From the IMG/VR virus record IMGVR_UViG_3300037755_000302: DNA of 61,470 nucleotides; one strand, 5' to 3'. The DNA comes from a virus. The translations under genes were made by a program, and so were the position numbers. Within the stretch, counting starts at the first letter, position 1, and each line of letters starts with the position of its first letter. The notes beneath the pieces are model-generated. The model worked only from the letters and a program-made list of their open reading frames with translations, was not told the DNA's origin and made no database searches. Positions 61,357 to 61,470 of the stretch are shown in pieces.

Positions 61357-61470
61357 ATGCCAAACTTCGACCGATCCCCGGCAGAATGTGATCTCATCGG
61401 CCTGATAACCGAACGGGCGCTTACCCTTCCGTGGCCGCGACGCCCTGAGCGTCTCAGCCTCGAAATGGAC
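61357..61470 (+). CDS. hypothetical protein, N-terminal part (continues at 1..254 through the terminal repeat)
   Basis: ATG after GGAGGA. MPNFDRSPAECDLIGLITERALTLPWPRRPERLSLEMD runs off the window end. Confidence 0.6.
   Translation, partial: MPNFDRSPAECDLIGLITERALTLPWPRRPERLSLEMD
61385..61470. repeat. 86-bp terminal direct repeat, identical to 1..86
   Basis: See feature 1..86. Confidence 0.9.

Noticed and set aside
61385-61470. The terminal 86-bp repeats considered as attL/attR of an integrated prophage, or as LTR-like ends of a mobile element.
   Set aside because: A coding sequence reads straight through the repeat, and a separate int-adjacent attP candidate exists at 29163-29239. No host-like flanking genes are present.

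Overview
The window is a complete temperate phage genome of about 61.4 kb, either circularly closed or terminally redundant. Bases 1-86 recur exactly at 61385-61470, and an ORF reads through that junction. The organisation is lambda/P22-like, in four blocks. (i) Immunity switch at 15.3-16.4 kb: an S24/LexA-type CI repressor (+) sits divergent from a Cro-like gene (-), with three TTGGA-N7-TCCAA operator-like palindromes. (ii) Early operon on the minus strand (15562 down to 1027): HNH nucleases, a split GcrA-like pair, an Omp25/31-type outer-membrane beta-barrel moron, a large membrane protein, a C5 DNA methyltransferase, an O-like replication initiator with internal iterons, DnaB helicase, a classic-clade AAA+ ATPase and many small ORFs. 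(iii) Plus-strand operon (16343 to 29120): a pentapeptide-repeat protein, an ERF-like annealase, a YqaJ exonuclease, about 25 small ORFs, excisionase and tyrosine integrase, followed by an attP candidate carrying the 5' half of a tRNA-Val gene. (iv) Late operon on the minus strand (60799 down to 30391): an XRE regulator, TerS, TerL, portal, scaffold, coat, a P22 gp10-like protein, ejection-type proteins, a tail fibre, a pectate-lyase-fold tailspike and a lysis cassette. The late operon is interrupted by opposite-strand insertions: three HNH genes, a GT2 glycosyltransferase, small membrane-peptide genes and a promoter-equipped DUF2442 island. Gene content (GcrA-like genes, Omp25/31-type porin) suggests an alphaproteobacterial, Rhizobiales-like host, but this is inference. 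All functional calls rest on motif recognition by eye from the translated ORFs. No database search, HMM run or folding program was used.
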